A DNA stretch of 64,000 nucleotides from Coniocarpon cinnabarinum (taxonomy: Eukaryota). Where the stretch lies: the NCBI GenBank assembly GCA_051942205.1, contig JAVECO010000082.1, positions 1 through 64,000 on the forward strand. The letters are read 5' to 3'. The position numbers and the translations under genes are program-made. Each line of letters begins with the position of its first letter. The stretch's first letter is position 1. The notes beneath the pieces are model-generated. The model did no database searches, was not told where the DNA came from, and worked only from the letters and a program-made list of their open reading frames with translations. Shown piece after piece: positions 61,442 to 64,000 of this stretch.

Positions 61442-63857
61442 ATGGAGTTTCCGGCTACAGAGTCACCTGCTAATCCGCTAGAGCCCACCAAGGGCCTTAA
61501 ACCTGGCTCCCATCTTGCCAATGGCGATCAGCCACAGGCTACAGACCAGCCGCCGCTTCCAGAAGACTCGGCGACGTCGAAAGCTGAGAAAGTAGAATGG
61601 AATGCTGCATCACAAGATGATACCGGAAGCAAGCGCAAACGGGATGCCGACGAGGCCATAGACGCTACGCCTCGTAAGAAGGGTGTCGCGCCAATCCAAG
61701 CGGAATTCCTCCTTAACGGGAATCCAACACAGGATGCAGACCAGTTTCGGCCAGGAGATACTCGTGAGGCTCGAGATGCGCAAGCTGATGGAGGCAACAA
61801 GAGGAAGAAGCAGAAAGGGCAAAACACAAAACGTTCCTTTGGCAGCTCTCGAGATACGATTCAGCTCTGTGCAACCAGAGCTACGCAACCGGAGTTCTCG
61901 CCAAACAATTGCTCGTTTGGTGAGTCCTGTAAATATGAGCATGACCTACGCAAATACCTACAACAAGGTAAACGAACCGACTTGAAAACTTTTGAGAAAT
62001 GCCCCGTATGGGAAGCGAAAGGTAGGTGCAGAGCTGGATGGCGATGTCGATTTGCAATGAGTCACGCTGAGGAACGAAAGCTGGACGATGGAAAGAATGA
62101 GCTTGTTCTCTTGGACAATGGCTCACAACATGGCCTTGAGACTGTGGTTCAGCAAGATGAGGCAGACAATGATGCTGATATTGTGAATATTGCGACTCCT
62201 GAACATCGCAAAAAGCTCATGAAGCGAAACATTTCCACTCCCAAGGCTGATGAGTATACAAAATTTCTGAACAAGATTACAAACAGCGAGAAAGTCGTCA
62301 GTCAAAGCGAAGGACGCAATCACAATAAGAGCGTGTCTGAAGATCCTACGAATGAGGCGGCGCGCGTGGACGTAGAAGGCGCGGATCGTGATGGTGATGC
62401 AGAGCATGAAGCTCGTGATATGAATGCCTCATACATCGAGCCAAAATTGAGATCTTCTGAAAAGCGGCGTCTATATTTTGGACCAGAAACGCCGGTGCTC
62501 GCGCCACTTACGACGCAGGGTAATCTTCCTTTTCGCAAGTTGTGCGTGGGACTAGGAGCACAAGTAACATGGTCGGAGATGGCCATGAGTCTTCCTCTCA
62601 TCCAGGGTCAAAAACAAGAATGGGCATTGTTGAAAGCGCACCAGTTGGAACTGGAGAGCCCCAAATATTCCCCATTCGAGGGCAATGCTGTTCCTGAAGG
62701 GTACGACAATACGCGCGACTTCAAGTTTGGAGCGCAGATCTCGGCAAACAAGCCTTGGCTGGCCCTCAAAGCAACCGAGGTGATCACCTCGATATGTCCG
62801 CATCTCAGGGCAGTAGATTTGAACTGTGGCTGTCCGATCGACCTGGGTATGCTGCGCACGCATTCAGCTCCATAGCCAGACTTTGCTAACACACCGCCCG
62901 TAGTATACGCTTTTTCTAGCAATTCGTTCTATTTAAAATTATGCTAACAAAGGGGAGTAGGTTTTCCGTGAAGGAGCGGGCTCCGCGCTCATGGACAGTC
63001 CCGCAAAGCTTGAAAGAATCCTTCGAGGCATGAACGCTGTGTCGGGTGACGTACCTATCCAGGCCAAAATCCGAACGGGTACTAAGGACAACAAACCTAC
63101 AGCCGATCGTCTCATAGAGCGCCTTGCTTTTGGAGGCACTGAAGCAGAACGACAAGGTCTCGGTCCACCAGGCGTTGCCGCTATCACTCTGCACGGACGG
63201 AGCCGTCAGCAGCGATATACAAAGCAAGCCAATTGGTCATACATCGCCGAGTGCGCATCACTCGTGAAGAGCTACAACAGTAAGCTCTCTAATCGGGTCG
63301 ATACGAACAAGGGCCAAGACCTTCAAGACATTAACGCATCCGAGCGTATGTACTTTATTGGCAATGGTGATTGCTACTCGCACGTGGATTATTACAATCA
63401 CATCGAGCAGGCAAAGGTCGACTCTGTGATGATAGCGCGGGGTGCATTGATCAAACCGTGGATCTTCGAAGAAATCAGCGCAGGGCAATATCTCGACAAG
63501 TCCTCCTCGGAGCGCCTTAGATACGTGGAACAATTTGTGCGCAATGGCCTGTCATGCTGGGGTTCAGACGAGATTGGGGTTGGCACGACGCGACGCTTCC
63601 TCTTAGAATGGTTGAGCTTCGCTTGTCGCTATGTCCCCATTGGTCTGCTCGAGCACCTCCCTCCATCAATGAACGACAGGCCACCAGCGTATCGCGGTCG
63701 AGATGATCTGGAGACACTAATGGCCAGTGACAATGTTAAGGACTGGATCAAAATCAGCGAGATGTTCCTAGGGCCCGCACACGAAAACTTCAAATTTGAC
63801 CCAAAACATAAGAGCAACTCGTATGATAAAGATGGGGACTACACTGCTGAAGGCTGA
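61442..63857 (+). CDS. DUS3: tRNA-dihydrouridine(47) synthase Dus3; exons 61442-62845 and 62961-63857 separated by a complex intron
   Basis: CCCH zinc fingers; motifs [45 protein letters not shown] and PKHKSNSY. Confidence 0.95.
62846..62960 (+). other. Predicted stwintron ([D1,2], alternatively [A2,3]) in DUS3
   Basis: G|GTATGC..GCTAAC..TAG|TATAC..GCTAAC..TAG|G; two branch sites and two acceptors; only two-step excision gives the in-frame [17 protein letters not shown]. Confidence 0.8.
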
Positions 63858-64000
63858 TCCTTGGAACCGTGGCAGGACTCAGTAAGCTGCTAGTCTGGAC
63901 AACGCAATCTCCGTCCAGTCATTATGTAGCCATGGTCAACACGTTTTCGAAGAAACCCACACAACGTTGTGCAGTATATGCCGTCTTCTGTAAAAGTGTC

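Overview
Gene-dense fungal genomic DNA, most likely a filamentous ascomycete (Pezizomycotina-type short GT-AG introns with CTRAC branch sites). About 19 conserved genes are recognisable: GH18 chitinase, TFB6-like, IES4, RanBPM/GID1-like, MFS transporter, TAD3, aldehyde dehydrogenase, Ran, NAS2, SET-domain protein, amidase, WDR89-like, S10 carboxypeptidase, TOA1, U5-40K WD protein, BET3, SOM1/Flo8-like, PAQR, RMD5 and DUS3. There is also a multi-dsRBD protein, a 2-TM low-complexity protein and an accessory stretch (12-24.5 kb) of orphan ORFs. The strongest finding is a nested spliceosomal twin intron (stwintron, [D1,2]/[A2,3]) in DUS3, which is the only canonical splicing route I can find that restores the reading frame. 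Other notable items are a BET3 9/15-nt microexon with a GAG acceptor, a GC-AG intron, an unusually long TOA1 intron, an inverted-plus-tandem ~170-bp repeat array at the window start, and a gene with a duplicated Cx2Cx4Cx6HxH motif. All calls were made by eye; exon boundaries were inferred manually and no searches were run.
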